From positions 16,827 to 80,826 of the forward strand of contig DAOUEK010000017.1 in the NCBI GenBank assembly GCA_034430425.1: a stretch of DNA of 64,000 bases. Direction: 5' to 3'. Positions 63,904 through 64,000 of this stretch are shown in pieces; the first letter of the stretch is position 1; each line of letters begins with the position of its first letter. A program made the position numbers and the translations under genes. This DNA comes from Anaerolineales bacterium (lineage in GTDB: Bacteria > Chloroflexota > Anaerolineae > Anaerolineales > E44-bin32). The notes under the pieces were generated by a model that saw only the letters and a list, made by a program, of their open reading frames with translations, ran no database searches and was not told the DNA's origin.

Positions 63904-64000
63904 GATGAGACAAGACGTAGGGAATCTTCATGAAAGGGATAAATGTATTCGTAAGATTGTTTGGCGTAAAGTGTGTTGAAAATTGTCTTTGACGTCCCCC

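Overview
64-kb chromosomal window, roughly 55-58% GC by eye, densely coded on both strands. I call about 60 protein genes, one tRNA and no mobile elements. The gene content suggests a Chloroflexota/Anaerolineae-like bacterium: RNase Y, a T-box leader, many lipoproteins with Pro/Thr-rich linkers, and frequent 4-nt ATGA gene overlaps. That taxonomic call is inference only. Recognisable content: aspS-recA-recX-rny; a pdhABC-type 2-oxoacid dehydrogenase operon; secA (unusually long); mutM; comEA; a stand-alone trpB2; tRNA-Leu(UAA). There is also a MacB-type ABC exporter with an HlyD adaptor, flanked by a split two-component pair, and a GH4/sugar-kinase/SIS catabolic trio. Cell-wall genes (amidase, L,D-transpeptidase), several secreted lipoproteins/peptidases and three signalling clusters complete the picture. 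The most interesting signals are RNA-level features that the ORF track cannot show. (1) Upstream of aspS sits a consensus promoter whose predicted +1 is the A of an ATG. That ATG opens a 29-codon ORF with the run Asn-Asn-Ser-Asn-Asn-Asp-Asp, followed by mutually exclusive 14-bp antiterminator and 9-bp terminator helices. This looks like a leaderless leader-peptide attenuator of an aminoacyl-tRNA synthetase, and I do not know of one described for aspS. (2) A complete tRNA-Trp T-box (UGG specifier) with a perfect TTGACA-17-TATAAT promoter lies upstream of trpB2. (3) A promoter-to-terminator unit of about 210 nt between aspS and recA may be an unclassified small RNA. (4) A soluble histidine kinase carries an N-terminal zinc ribbon plus a T2SSE_N/MshEN-like, c-di-GMP-type module. 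It heads a two-kinase/one-regulator operon. All functional calls come from reading motifs in the supplied translations; no database search was run.
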